A DNA stretch of 64,000 nt from Octopus vulgaris (Eukaryota): assembly GCA_951406725.2 (NCBI GenBank), contig OX597826.1, forward strand, positions 72,106,001 to 72,170,000. Direction: 5' to 3'. The position numbers and the translations under genes were made by a program. Below the pieces are notes generated by a model. That model was not told the DNA's origin. It searched no databases and was given only the letters and a program-made list of their open reading frames with translations. Below are positions 10,575 to 24,365 of this stretch, piece after piece (the stretch's first letter is position 1; each line of letters begins with the position of its first letter).

Positions 10575-12089
10575 CACACATTGTTGAATACATGTATCTG
10601 TCATACTCAAACATACACACGCCTACACACACACACACACACACACAATCACACAGATATATTATACGCCTGTTACACACAGATACGCACAAATAGACAT
10701 ACACATATCAGTTTTCATATACAGACGCGCACATGTATCTGTTACACACACACACAGCATTTTCCATGTGTTTTGTTACAGACCGATATATACTTATAGA
10801 CGTACGCATCTTCCAGTTACACACACTCATAGCTATGAATCTGTCTGTTGCGTATAGACGTACATAGTTTTATAAGGGAGTTGCGCAGAGATTATACGCA
10901 GAAAAGACGTAAACATTTATTAAACAGAAATCGAATCTTGCTCTTTCAATCCTTAAACAGCCAATGAAAGACTCTTATGTTATATATTCACACATACATT
11001 ATACCCGGATTGATAAACATACACACGAAAACACGCTCAGTAACAAACCCACACGTGCATTTACAGAACAACGTATGAATACACAGGCATGGCTTTGTGG
11101 TTAAGAAGCATGCTTTGAAACCCACGGCTTCGGGTTCAGTCCCACTGCACTGCACCTAAATTTGAAACTAAAATTTATCGCAGGCCATGTGGCAGTCGTA
11201 TGACTAAATAATGTCACCTCTGGGTTTTTACCTATGATTCTTACCTTCAGTTCGCATACACTTATGCAAATGTAGTGTCTTTTACAATAACCCAAGGCCC
11301 TGGCAGTGAATTTATTACTATCATATTTTTAAAGGAAGAAAAGAAAACGAAAAACATTAAAAGTATGAAAGATCAAATTATAGAGAAAAAAAAACTCATA
11401 GCAATCTCACTAAGAAAACAAAGAAAAAGAAACGAAGAGGGTGTGGAATTAAGCAGCAGAAGATGGGGCAGGAGGGGGTAGTGGGTTGTACACCCCAGAC
11501 CAAATGGTTTGGTCAGCTATGCCTTGCAGACATGATTGTAAATGTGTTACTGCGGAGAATGGCTGGTACCACTCGCAGCAACAGTGGCTCTGTCTAATGG
11601 GGCCCATTCCTCAGACAGACTGCAGTTATCCTGATTTTGTGGAGGAAATTAGCAGTGCAGGATCTGAGAACTCATGAGTCTCAACGGCAATTGACACAAA
11701 CTGATAGCAGCTGGTCAGGCTCTTGTATTTGTTCGTTTTTTTTTTGCTTTTACAGGCATTGATACCTGGTCTTGTGAGTGAATTTGGTCAAAAGAAACTG
11801 TATGAATGTCCAGAGAGAGAGAGGGGAGTTGACTTTGGGTCTGACAAATTCAAAAAGAAGCTGTGTCAAGCCATTTAGAATAAAGTAATCAAAGACGACT
11901 TTAAGAGTGAATAAACAGCATCTAGTCCAACAAAGTAAACTGTTTCTGCCTTTGTATGTCATATATTATAAATTATGTAGCTTTTCCTAAACTGTTATTC
12001 ATTAGTTGCCAATGAGTGATAGAAGTAACAGAAAATATATTTTGTCTGAATAATGATTATGGATCAAATATATAAATAAATAAATGCTT

Positions 12090-12332
12090 CCTTCTCGAGT
12101 CATGCCAGGATCATAAGGGCCAATTTCCTGATTTCAATGGAATATAAATGCCCCACCTGGACAGGACACCGATCCGTCGCAGGATAACTCATTTTTGCCA
12201 GCTGAGTGGACTGGGGCAACGTGAAATGAAGTGTTTTGCTCAAGGACACAATATATCACCCAGTCCAGGAATTGAAACCACAATGTTACAATCATGAATC
12301 CAACACCCTAACCACTAAGCCATGTGCCTCCA
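12090..12332 (-). mobile_element. tRNA SINE with tail type 2
   Basis: Reverse complement has A/B boxes, GTCCTTGAGCAAAACACTT and GCGACGGATCGGTGTCCTGTCCAGG; shares its tail with 13769-14075. Confidence 0.7.
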
Positions 12333-12527
12333 CAAATATCACATATGCATGTGTGTGTGTGTGGAGAGAAGGGCAGAGAGAGGGTGCATGTGTGTAGTAT
12401 ATGAACATGTGTGTGATGGGGGTTTGTGTTTGTACCTGTTGAACACCTGGGCCGGTGTAATTGACTTTCCACCTTCCTGAACGTGCTGGCCTTGTGCTGA
12501 TATTTGAAACCAATATCAAACATATGT

Positions 12528-12748
12528 ATTCTTTTATTCTTTTACTGGTTCTAGTCATTTTACTGTGGCCATGCTACAGCACCTCTTTTAGTCGAACAAA
12601 TCAACCCAGGACTTATTCTTTGTAAGCCTAGTACTTATTCTATCAGTCTCTTTTGCTGAACCACTAAGTTACGAGGACCAATATCAGCTGTCAAGTGATG
12701 GTGGGGGGACAAACACAGACACAAACATATACACATATATGCATATAC

Positions 12749-12790
<42 letters not shown>

Positions 12791-12917
12791 TCATCATCAT
12801 CATTTAGCGTCCGCTTTCCATACATATATATATATACACATACACACATATATATGTGCATATGTTAGTTAGTTAGTTAGTTATATATATATATATACAC
12901 ACACACACATATATATA

Positions 12918-12956
<39 letters not shown>

Positions 12957-13105
12957 GACAGGCTTCTTTCAGTTTCTGTCTACCAAATCCACACTCACAA
13001 GGCTTTGGTCAGCCCGAGGCTTTAGTAGAAGACACTCGCCCAAAGTGCCTCACAGTGGGACTGAACCCAGAACCATGTGGCTGGGAAGCAAGCTTCTTAC
13101 CACAC
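12528..13105 (-). mobile_element. CORE-like SINE (family A) with an expanded internal microsatellite
   Basis: Both halves of the family consensus flank the (TA)n/(CA)n block. Confidence 0.85.
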
Positions 13106-13184
13106 ACACATACCGAATGCAAAACAAGTAAAAAGTTCAAATAGAGGAAAAAGTTTATTCCACTGTTTCAACCCATTGCATTTT

Positions 13185-13676
13185 ATTCTTTTACTGGTTT
13201 TTGTCATTAGATTGCAACCATGCTGGAGCACTGCTTTGGAGGTTTTACTTGAAGAAATCAATCCCAGTCCCCTTTTTTTTTAGGCTTGGTTCTTATTCAA
13301 TTGGTTTCTTTTGACCAAGCCACTAAGTTAGGGGGTGTAAACAAACCAACATCAGTTGTCGAGCACTGGTGGTGGACAAACACAAGCACAAAGACACACA
13401 CACAGATATATATGTACACACACTCACACACACACAGATATATATGTACACACACTCACACACACACAGATATATATGTACACACACTCACACACACACA
13501 GATATATATACCCATACACACACATATATGACAGGCTTCTTTCATCTACCAAATCCACTCACAAGGCTTTGGTCAGCCTGGAGCTATAGTAGAAGACAGT
13601 TGCCCAAAATGTCATGCAATGGGACAGAACCCAGAACCATGTGGTTGATAAACAAGCTGCTTACCACACAGCCATG
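13185..13676 (-). mobile_element. Older CORE-like SINE (family A) with an internal 32-bp tandem repeat
   Basis: Diverged family consensus; CACACACAGATATATATGTACACACACTCACA repeated about 3.5 times. Confidence 0.75.
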
Positions 13677-13768
13677 CCAGAACATCAGTTTACTGTTCAC
13701 TAATGTAGTCCATCACTAATTTCCTCAGATTTTGGCTTATCATTTAACAACAGTATACATGCACTGAG

Positions 13769-14075
13769 TGGAGGCACAATGGCCCAGTGGTTAGGGCAGC
13801 GGACTCACGGTTGGAGGATCATGGTTTCGATTCCCAGACTGGGCGTTGTGTGTGTTTATTGAGCAAAAACACCTGAAGCTCCGTGAGGCTCCACCAGGGG
13901 GTGGTGGCGACCCCTGTTGTACTCTTTCACCCCAACTTTCTCTCACTTTCTCTCACTATTTCTTCCTGTTTCTTGAGTAACGCTGCGATGGACTGGCGTC
14001 ACGTCCAGCTGGGTAGGAGGAACACATATATCATAGAAACCAGGAAACTGGGCCCATGAGCCTGGCTAGGCTTGA
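13769..14075 (+). mobile_element. tRNA SINE family C head with tail type 2
   Basis: Head as at 1601; tail GCTGCGATGGACTGGCGTCACGTCCAG is reminiscent of V-SINE sequence. Confidence 0.75.
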
Positions 14076-14809
14076 AAAGGGAGAAAAAAAATACATGCAC
14101 TGACATCAGTATGCATTGCAAGAAATTACAGTCAAATATCCCTCAAATCATGCTCTACAATCTTACAAAAAAGGAGTCATTTCGTCTGGTACATCCCCCT
14201 CAGTTCAGGTGTCTTGTACTGCAGGTTACTTGGTGTCTGCACTGTTGCTGGTGCCACATAAAAAGCAGCCATACACTCTGTAAAGTGGTTGGCATTATGA
14301 AGAGGTTCCAGTTATAAAAACTGTTCCAAAGCAGACATTAAGGGTTTGACATAATGCTCTGGCTCACCAGCTCTTGCAAGCAAGAAAAGCAGATGTTAAG
14401 TGGTGGTGGTGGTGGTGGTGGCGGCGGCGGCGGCGGTGGTGGTGGTGGTGGTGGTGGTGGTGGTGATGATGATGAGTAAAAGGTAATTTCAGTCACAGGT
14501 CTTCTGAGTAAACAACAACACACAAGTTGCAGCTCAAGTTCCAAATGTCCCCCAGCACAGAAAGAGAGAGTGGGAGAGAAGGGGTGGGAGAAGGATGAGG
14601 GGGAGAAGTGGAGGAAGAATGAGGGAGAGTTTCTGTTGTCCCTTTATTCCAAAGGGCCAGCCTTGTCACACTGAATCTCTCCCGAGAACTACATTAAGGG
14701 TACATGTATCTGTGGAGTGCTCAGACACGTGTACATTAATTTCACAAGCAGGCTGTTCTATTGATCAGATCAACTGGAACCCTCGTCGATGTAACCGACG
14801 GAGTGCAAC

Positions 14810-14865
<56 letters not shown>

Positions 14866-15450
14866 TGAGAGATGAACAGACGTGTATATGCTGAGAGAAG
14901 GATACACACACACCCACACATATATTTATATACACTAAGAGGCAGACATGCATAAATATGGTGAGAGATAGATGTACACATATACACATATACATACAAC
15001 AGATAGATACACACTCCCTACTCTTTTCTCTCTCTCTATCTCTCTCTCTCTCTCTCTCTCCCTTATATACATATGTATTGATTAAGAGATAGACTTACAT
15101 ACACATATACTTAAGATAAGCACTCACAGATATACATATACATGCTATGTGCCTGCATATACACATTGATTTACACATGCACATGCCTACACACACACAC
15201 ACACACACACATGCCTACACACACACACACACACACACAAACACAAACACAAACACACACACAAGCACACACACGCATACACACACACATTCATCTTCAT
15301 GGTGCTACCATCTATAGTAATATCATAAGCATAGCTTTTTGTATATTACTATAATTAAAGTTCATCATGTATACATGTGTGTGTGTGTATATATACACAT
15401 ATACATATGTGTGTGTATATATATATATATATGTATATATATATACATAT

Positions 15451-15669
15451 ACTCTTTTACTCTTTTACTTGTTTCAGTCATTTGACTGTGGCCATGCTGG
15501 AGCACCACCTTTAGTCAAGCAAATCGACCCCAGGACTTATTCTTTGTAAGCCTAGTACTTATTCTATCAGCTCTTTTGCTGAACCGCTAAGTTACGGGGA
15601 CATAAACACACGACCATCCACTGTCAAGCGATGTTGGGGGGATAAACACAAACACACAAACATATACAC

Positions 15670-15733
<64 letters not shown>

Positions 15734-16120
15734 GATGGGCTTCTTTCAGTTTCCGTCTACCAAATCCACTCACAATGCTTTGGTCGGCCCAAGGCTATAG
15801 TGGAAGACACTTGCCCAAGGTGTCTATTTGAGTGTGACTGATGCCAGTGCCGCCTGACTGGCACAAGTGCTGGTGGCACATAAAAAGCACCATTCAAGCA
15901 TGGCCGATGGCCAGTGTTGCCTAACTGGCACCCGTGCCGGTGGCATGTAAAAGGCACCCAGTACACTCTTGGAGTGGTTCGCATTAGGAAGGGCATCCAA
16001 CTGTAGAAGCCTTGCCAATTCAGACTGGAGCCTGGTGCAGCCTTTCCTGCCTTGCAATCCTCAGTCAAGCCATCCAACCCATGCCAGCATGGAAAGCAGA
16101 CATTAAACGATGATGATGAC
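15451..16120. mobile_element. Family A SINE (minus, 15451-15822) abutting an RTE UTR tail (plus, 15833-16120)
   Basis: Matches to both family consensuses. Confidence 0.8.
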
Positions 16121-16281
16121 AACGTGGTATAAATATTTTTTGGTTTCTTTTTGTTTGAGGCTATAGTTAATGTAACGAGCCAAAACAAAGCTTTAATCAA
16201 TACACAATTTGAATTAATTGGCATTAATTAAGAATCAATGCACGCATTACAATGGGGACTGAGTCTGATTTTGGCAATGCA

Positions 16282-16329
16282 CAACTACTCTGCATATGTT
16301 TCAGTCTATTAGACCTCCTCAGCTAGTTG
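16282..16329 (-). ncRNA. Degenerate type-I hammerhead ribozyme motif
   Basis: Reverse complement caactag CTGAGGA GGTCT-aat-AGACT GAAAC atat GCA gagtagttg; both core boxes intact, cleavage triplet mutated. Confidence 0.5.
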
Positions 16330-16636
16330 AAGTTGTAACAGCTCTATCAAAAAAGATGATTTAAGGGAATTGAGATTTTACGAAAAATATAGAGTGACAT
16401 TGTGACTTTAAAGGTCCAGGCAAAATGATTCAGAGCAGGAATAAATTTCTGTGAGTGGTTCATCACCTTTTTACTTACTGCTTCTTTTTTCCCCTGTAAA
16501 AGAGTCATTCCCCTTTTATTCTCTATTTAATATTCATTTCACAAGTGTGTAGTATGCATATATGTGCGTGTGCATGGGTTTGTGTTTATGCATATGTGTA
16601 TATGTATCATCATCATCATCATCATCATCATCATTA

Positions 16637-17052
16637 CTCTCTTTACTCTTTTACTTGTTTCTGTCATTTGACCGTGGCCAAGCTGGAGCACCGCCTTTAG
16701 TCGAGCAAATCAACCCCAGGACTTATTCTTTGTAAGCCTAGTACTAATTCTATCGGTCTCTTTTGCCAAATCGCTAAGTTACGGCGATGTAAACACACCA
16801 GCATTGGTTGTCAAGCGTTGTTGGGGGACAAACACAGACACACAAACATATACACGCACACATACATACATATATTTATATACATATATACGACGAGCTT
16901 CTTTCAGTTTCCGTCTATCAAATCCACTCACAAGGCTTTGGTCAGCCCGAGGCTATAGTAGAAGACACTTGCCCAAGGTGCCATGCAGTGGGACTGAACC
17001 TGGAACCATGTGGTTGGTAAACAAGCTACTTATCACACAACCACTCCTGCAC
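16637..17052 (-). mobile_element. CORE-like tRNA SINE (family A), full length
   Basis: Complete head-core-microsatellite-tail structure. Confidence 0.9.
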
Positions 17053-17706
17053 CTATTAGCATTAATCTTCATCTCATTATCATTATCATTTAATGTTCAT
17101 CTTCCATGCTGGCATGGGTTGGACAGTTTGATAGGAGCAGGCAGACCAGAAGACTGCTCGAAGCTCTTCTGTCTGTTCTGGAATGGTGTCTATGGCTGGA
17201 TGCCCTTCCTAATGCCAACCACTTTACAGAGTGGAGTGGGTACTTTTTTTACGTGGTACTGGCACCAATGTATTCACATATAAAATATAAAAGATGACAA
17301 TATAGCTTGGTTAAAAAATCTTAGGAGTAATTTTTCTCCAGAACTCAGATGTTTCTCTTTGTATTTTTGATGACAAACCAGAAATGAGACTTATGACCAG
17401 ATATATACCATAATTGAAACTGTGGTATTATATCATCATCATCATCATCATTATCATCATCCTCATTTTCTTTTAGTGTCTGCTTTCCATGCTGGCATGA
17501 GTTAGATGGTTTAACTGGAACCGATGAGCTGTATCAGGTTCCAGTCTGATTTTAACCTGGTTTCCTGATGCCAACCACTCCAGGAGTGTAGTGGGTGCCT
17601 TTTTACATGTCACTGGCATGGGTGCCCTTAACATGCCACCGGCACAGGTGGCTGTCACATACCACCAGCACATATGCCTTTTACATGTCCCCAGAACCAG
17701 CCACAG

Positions 17707-18080
17707 TGGAGGCACAATGGCCCAGTGGTTCGGGCAGCGGACTCGTGGCCGGAGGATCGTGGTTTTGATTCCCAGACTGGGCGTTGTGTGTGTTTATTGA
17801 GCGAAAACACCTAAAGATCCACGAGGCTCCGGCAGGGGGGGGGGCCACCCCTGTTGTACTCTTTTGCTCCAACTTTCTCTCACTTTTTCTTCCTGTTTCT
17901 TGTCCCTGACTTCCTACGCAACCACTGAGCCTGGATGCGCATTCATCCATTCATTGATGCTCTCGGTGTCGGGGGTTGACCTACTTTCTCTTCTGCAGGA
18001 CTTACGAATAGAAAAGGACCACGTTTCAGACTTCTCCGACTGGGATGAAGACTGCTTCGCTCAACAGCTCAACAGCACCA
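17707..18080 (+). mobile_element. tRNA SINE family C head with tail type 3
   Basis: Head and body match 1601 up to TTCCTGTTTCT, then an unrelated tail. Confidence 0.75.
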
Positions 18081-18349
18081 GCCACAACTGATTTCACTTG
18101 GCTTGACAAATCTTCTCAAACTCATATAAAAATGTCTAAATCCAAAGCTGAGGTGTATCCAAGATACATGCAAGAATGTGTGTTTCCAAAACTGTGATAT
18201 TCTTTTATTCTTTTACCTGTTTCGGTCATTTGAATGCAGCCATGCTAGAGCACTGCCAAGAATTTTTGGTAGATGACATTACTGTATTCAAGTAATATTC
18301 ACGACACCAAGAAACAGTCACTGCAGGTTCTAATATTCTCAAGGGATAT

Positions 18350-18498
18350 AGGGTGGTTGTGTGGTAAGAACCTTGTTTCTCAACCACATGGTTTCAGGTT
18401 CTGTCCCACTGCATGGTACCTTGAGCATGTGTCTTCTACTATAGCCAACTGAAGCCTTATGAGTGGATTTGGTGATTGGAAACTGAAAGAAGTCAATC

Positions 18499-18531
<33 letters not shown>

Positions 18532-18713
18532 TTAATCAGTGTTGGGGAGTTTATGTCCCTGTAACTTAGCAGTTCCACAAAAGAGACTGATATAAGAAGT
18601 AATAGGCCTAAAAAAATAAGTTCTGGGGTTGATTGTTTGACTAAAACCCTTCAACGTGGTGCTCCAGCATGGCTACAGTCAAAATGACTGAAACAAGTAA
18701 AAGAATAAAAGAA
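18350..18713 (+). mobile_element. CORE-like SINE (family A), older copy
   Basis: Diverged consensus with (AAAAGAAT) tail. Confidence 0.8.
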
Positions 18714-18909
18714 TATCTGGTCATGAAATGAGGGAAGATTGTTGACCAAACGAGAAACGGGAATATCAATCAATGGAGTGTCCTTTCCTATCTCCATTGA
18801 CAAATACAAGTTTCTTGGGCTTGGTGACAATATTGCATTCTTTGATGCTGTGAATAAAGCTTGAGTGACAAAGAAATGATTTAGTAGACTATTAAATTGT
18901 ATGATAAGA

Positions 18910-19285
18910 CTAGCAGTATTGCCCTGCGTTGCTCAGGTTTGTTTCAACCCTTTAGAATTGGAATTTTTGAAAAGTAGCTTGTTATTCTCTTTAAGTGAAC
19001 ATTTTTCTGGTTGAAATACACCGAAAAATGGCGACACAGCAGTCAAAAAATCGTAAAAAAATAGGGATTTTCATAGAAAAAAAAGCACCATTTTGATGTA
19101 AATAATTTTTGGTGATAACATGGTCCAATTTGAATGTTTTCTTCTATGGAATGAAGAGCAAGCCTTCTTCTATCATACTCTTAATTTTGGTCAACTTGTG
19201 CCGCAGGGTCTCGGAGGAGATAGTGTTAGTTGAAGGCTACCAAACCTGCCACACACAGACAACCTCAGCTTTATATATATAGAGA
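18910..19285 (-). mobile_element. Non-autonomous Helitron
   Basis: Minus strand starts A|TCTCTATATATATAAAG and ends with a hairpin plus CTAG|T; CTGT/GT microsatellite near the 5' end; no TSD. Confidence 0.8.
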
Positions 19286-19883
19286 TTATATATTCAATAA
19301 GATCATATTCCATAATACTTTAGCAATGTCAGTACCAGTGATTGTGCCAATATTTCGTGAGGCACAGTTAAACATGCCATCTTTTCTGGAGTGTACAACA
19401 CGTTACTCACCCCCACCCCCTCCATCTTTTACTGCTTGGTTCCTCCCCTCACACATTTTTCTGTTTGTTTTGTTTCCTTGGTGAGGCAGTTATGGATGTT
19501 TTTTCCTCAATACTTTGACCTTTTATACATTTAATGTTTGTTTTGTTTTTTCTCTTTCTTTTCCTCCTGTAAAAATATATTGTAAATAAAAAAAGACAGA
19601 ATAAATTTGGGAAATTAGACTGATTAATCAAAGAACTCCACAACTTGGACATGTAGCCTAGGAAATATAAACCGCTGTCGGCAACTCCGAAAATGATCTA
19701 TCTAATATTCTTATATTCTTGTTTCAGTCATTTTGACTGTGGCCATGCTGGAGCCCCACCTTCAATAGTTTTAGTCAAACAATCAACCCCAGGACTTATT
19801 TTTTTAGGCCTATTATTCTATCAGTCTCTTTTGTGGAACTGCTAATTTATAGGAACATAAACTCACCAACACTAGTTAATATA

Positions 19884-19914
<31 letters not shown>

Positions 19915-21224
19915 GATGGGCTTCTTTGATCTATGTTAAAGGGAGGAATGGCAGATTAGGCAAAATCCCACTGCAGATAAGCTTTTGAGAGCTTCGTTAT
20001 GTCACTTAAACAGCAAATATTGTGTAGTAAAAGATAGAAAAAGAGTAAACATCACAAATGTATTCAACATCTCGAAGAGGTGAAGAATTTCTGAATTGTG
20101 ACTCTGAGGGTAGAACAGTTCCATGCAGCTCAAGGGTAAGTGGACTGAATTACATCAAAGGTAACTTGGATGAGAAAAACACATCATGGTGGTGGTGGTA
20201 TTGATGATGATGACGACGATGATGATGATGGCAATAATGTTGATGAGGAGGGGAGGAGGATGGGAATGATGAGAATGATGATGATTATAAAAATGACATA
20301 ATAATAACTATAATGATGATGATAATGACAATGATGACGATGATGATGATGCTGATGATGGCATTAGTGATGATAACGATCATACACACACACACACACA
20401 CAGACACTGTTGAATGGTCGTTGACTCTCTCAAGTTCACCTGTACTATTGGACAGGCTTTGCTTTTTTTTATTTTTTTCTCCATCCCGCAGGGTGTTAAA
20501 AGCATCACCGCGCAAGCTTGGGTGGGGGGTTGCCAGTTTTAGACCGATGGCCCAATCATAAACGAGTCGTACTGGATTACATGGCTACCATTAGCAGATC
20601 TTTTGTTATCAGATCACTGACCCGACGTACACACACACACACACACACACACAGACACACACAATAGTTTCATACAGTCATAGAGCTATATATATATACA
20701 TATATATACTTATATATTGCCATACATAAACATGTTAGTGTATACACACAACCAAATTTATTGATTTTTTTTTTCCATATCATTTGACTCTGAAAAGCAG
20801 TTTTTACTGTGTTTTATCAAAATATCGGATTTTATATTTTATAAGGAAAAATATCGTTGCATGCTTCACATTAATGTTGCTGTTGTTGCTATCGATGTTG
20901 TTCTTATTGTAAGTATTGTTTTTACTCTGCTACAGTGGAGCAGATTTTGTTGTTTAGCCCCAAGACATTCCTGATGGAAACATATCTATGATCAAAGCCA
21001 TTCCATCCGTGACCATCCCTCATTTTCCTATGTACAGGGAGCCCAGAAAACTTAGAACTTAGAACATAGGCCTATTGCAAGGAATCCAAATCAACTGTCA
21101 ATAAACAGGGCCCGAACATGAATAAGTCAGATCCTAAATTTAATAAGTTGGGACCCTAACTTTAAGATAGTCCTTGTTCAAAGAATGATAACTTGTTAAT
21201 CCATTTTCTGTAACATTAAATAGA

Positions 21225-21770
21225 GCGGGGAAAAATCTTCATCTGATGAGGAAGAAATCTTCGTCTGGCAAGGGAGAAATCTTTATCCTTCATCTGGTGA
21301 GGGAGAAACCTTCATCTGGTGAGGGAGAAATCTTCGTCTGGTGAGACAGAAATCTTTGTCTGGCAAGGGAGAAATGTTCATCCTTCATCTGGTGAGGGAG
21401 AAACCTTCGTCTGGCAAGGGAGAAATCTATGTCTGGCTAGGGAGAAACCTTCTTCTGGTGAGGGAGAAATCTTTGGTAAGGGAGAAATCTTTGTCTGGCA
21501 AGGGAGAAATCTTTATCCTTCATCTGGTGAGGGAGAAATCTTCGTCTGGTGAGGGAGAAATCTATGTCTGGCTAGGGAGAAACCTTCTTCTGGTGAGGGA
21601 GAAATCTTCGTCTGGTGAGGGAGAAATCTTCATCTAGCGAGGGAGAAATCTTCGTCTGGTGAGGCAGAAATCTTTGTCTGGCAAGAGAGAAATCTTCATC
21701 CTTCATCTGGTGAGGGAGAAACCTTCATCTGGTGAGGGGGAAATCTCCATCTGGTGAGGGAGAAATTTTC
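21225..21770 (+). repeat. Minisatellite, about 22-bp unit (TCTGGTGAGGGAGAAATCTTCG) with higher-order variants
   Basis: More than 20 tandem units visible. Confidence 0.9.
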
Positions 21771-23560
21771 TGAGGACTAAAGTCCTCAGAAAAGGTTTGT
21801 TTTATTTTTTTCCAGGGGTGTCATTGAATTCAGCACAGTAATTTACTAATTTCACTGTGTAAGTGCTGTCTGTATCACTCTATGGCACCAATTTACAGCT
21901 AAGTGAATGATATCATTAACATCAAAGTTGACTGCAGACAAAGTATAGTGAACTATACTGTTTTATGGCACCTATCTACAGCCTAGTGAACTGTGCCATG
22001 GACATACTGTGATACCTATTTACAGCCAAGTGGATTGTGCTGCTGTCAGTTCTGTGTTGGCCATTGACTAAGTTCAGTGTTGTGGATGGAATATGAACTA
22101 CTGAAATGTGAGTTCATTGCCTGGCATTCTGTTGACAGCTATATCATGCATCAGTCTGCAGGCCACGTGCAGTCTGCAGGCCACATGCAGTCTGTAGGCC
22201 ACATGTTGTAATCCAGCATGGTGTACCTCCACATAGTAAATACCTCAACTTTGTGAACAATGCTACAGTGTGAACATCTTCACAAGATGAAAATATAAAC
22301 GTCTCCACATAGGGTACCCCCACATGACGACATGTGTCTCCACTTGGTGAAAACCTCCACTTGGAAATCTAACACAATTAGAGAAAATTAAGCATACATC
22401 TATCATTGTTCTGTTTACTTGCTACATCTGGAGCAAGGAACAGAGCTCATGGCCTGTGAAAACACTCTGAGTTTCATCATCATCATTTTATGTCCGTTCT
22501 CTATTCTGGCAGAGGTTGAGTTGTTTGACAGGAACTGGCATGGCTAGGAGCCATATCAGATTCCATAGTCTGTTTTAACTTGGTTTCAACAGCTGGATGC
22601 CCTTCCTAACATCAACCACTTTATAGAGTGTACAGGATGCTTTTTACACAGTACCATCATCATTGCTTTTTACATGGTACCATCATCATTGCTTTTTATG
22701 TGGCATCATTACCATTGCTTTTTAGATGTAAAAGGATGAAAAATGGATGAGGAGGGATGGTTGATGGCACAGAGTACCTTTGAAAAGCATTACTAAAATG
22801 GTTTTAAGATATGAATTCTGTTGTGGAGGGCAGGTCCTCAGTACAGCAACACACCATATATCTTATTCAATGCCAAAGGAAGAGATTCCAGAGAAGAGAT
22901 TCCAGAGAGGCTGGGGACAAAGATTTAGGCATGTGGTCTGTGCAGGTGTTGGTTTGTTTACATCCCTATAACCTAGCAGTTTAGCAAAAGATACTTGTTG
23001 AATAAATGCTATACTTGAAAAATAAGTACTGGAGCCAATTTGTTTAAATAAACCCTTCAAGACAATGTCCCAGTATGACTGCCAGCCAATGACTGAGACA
23101 AGTGAAAGATAAACAATAAAAAGATAACATAGCGGACCAGACATTGTTATTTGAGACAAAATTAAAAACATATATTCTGATGTGAAGGTCAGTAGTGCAG
23201 CAGATGTTGAATTAAGACAGCCAACTGTCCAGATGATTTGAAGGTCATTCATTCGGCTAATTACCTATCAGTTACCCAGCTGACGCAGAGATGTTTACAA
23301 ATGTCAGTAAAAGAGAATTTCCATGGCATTAATTAATTAATTAATTAATCAGTTAATGGCATTACGGTTTCAGTCCCAACCTGTAACTATTTGTTTGCAT
23401 AATTATTGCATAGTAACCTTGAGACACTGAAGTATCCTGAAGGTTAGCAAGCTCATATCCGGCAACCACTGAACTTCGATTACAATGTTTCAATTCTAAT
23501 AATGTGACAATCGTTCATCATTGTTTTACTTTTCATTTTTCCATACTGCATGAGTTAGAC

Positions 23561-24365
23561 CAGTGCTTCTCGAAGTGATGACTTGCAGACCAGCACCGGT
23601 CTGTGAGCCATCAGTGCCTGTACATGGCAAGTTTCCAGATAAAAAAGGAACATTATAAAATGCTTATGTAATATTGTATTATTTGTTTACAAAATAAATA
23701 TAACATTTTAAAAATTTGTCAACTTTTATTATATTTGTTATACATATTGTTCCTGGTCATCATCATCATCATCATCATCGTCGTTTAACATCCGCTTTCC
23801 ATGCTCGCATGGGTTGGACAATTTGACTGAGGACTGGCGAACCAGATGGCTACACCAGGCACCAATTTTATTATCTGGCAGAGTTTCTACATCTGGATGC
23901 CCTTCCTAACACCAACCACTCCAAGAGTGTAGTGGGTGCTTTTACGTGTCACTGGCACAAGGGCCAGTCAGGTGGTACTGGCAACGGCCACACTCGAATG
24001 GTGTTTTTATGTGCACCTGCACCGGAGCCAGTCCAGCGGTACTGCCAATGACTGCGCTCGAATGTTTTTTTCACATGCCACCAGCACAAATGCCAGTAAG
24101 GCGACACTGGTAACGATCACACTTGAATGGTGCTTTTTACATGTCACCGGCAATGAAGCCAGTTAGCTGCTCTGGTAACAATCATGCTCGGATGGTGCTC
24201 TTAGCACTCTACTAGCATGGATGCTAGTCATCGAATTTGATTTCGATTTCACTTACCTCAACAGGTCTTTGCATATAAATTAAAATTACTAAGAAATATT
24301 ACCGGTCCCTGGCACATTGGAAAAAAATTGCCAGTACACTACATCAGATAGTTTGAGAAGCACTG
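23561..24365. mobile_element. hAT MITE carrying a nested RTE UTR (23757-24272, minus)
   Basis: TIRs CAGTGCTTCTC...GAGAAGCACTG; perfect 8-bp TSD AGTTAGAC at 23553-23560 and 24366-24373. Confidence 0.92.

Noticed and set aside
23357-23440. Additional hammerhead candidate (minus-strand GAAACCGTA after a long stem)
   Set aside because: No recognisable CUGANGA box.
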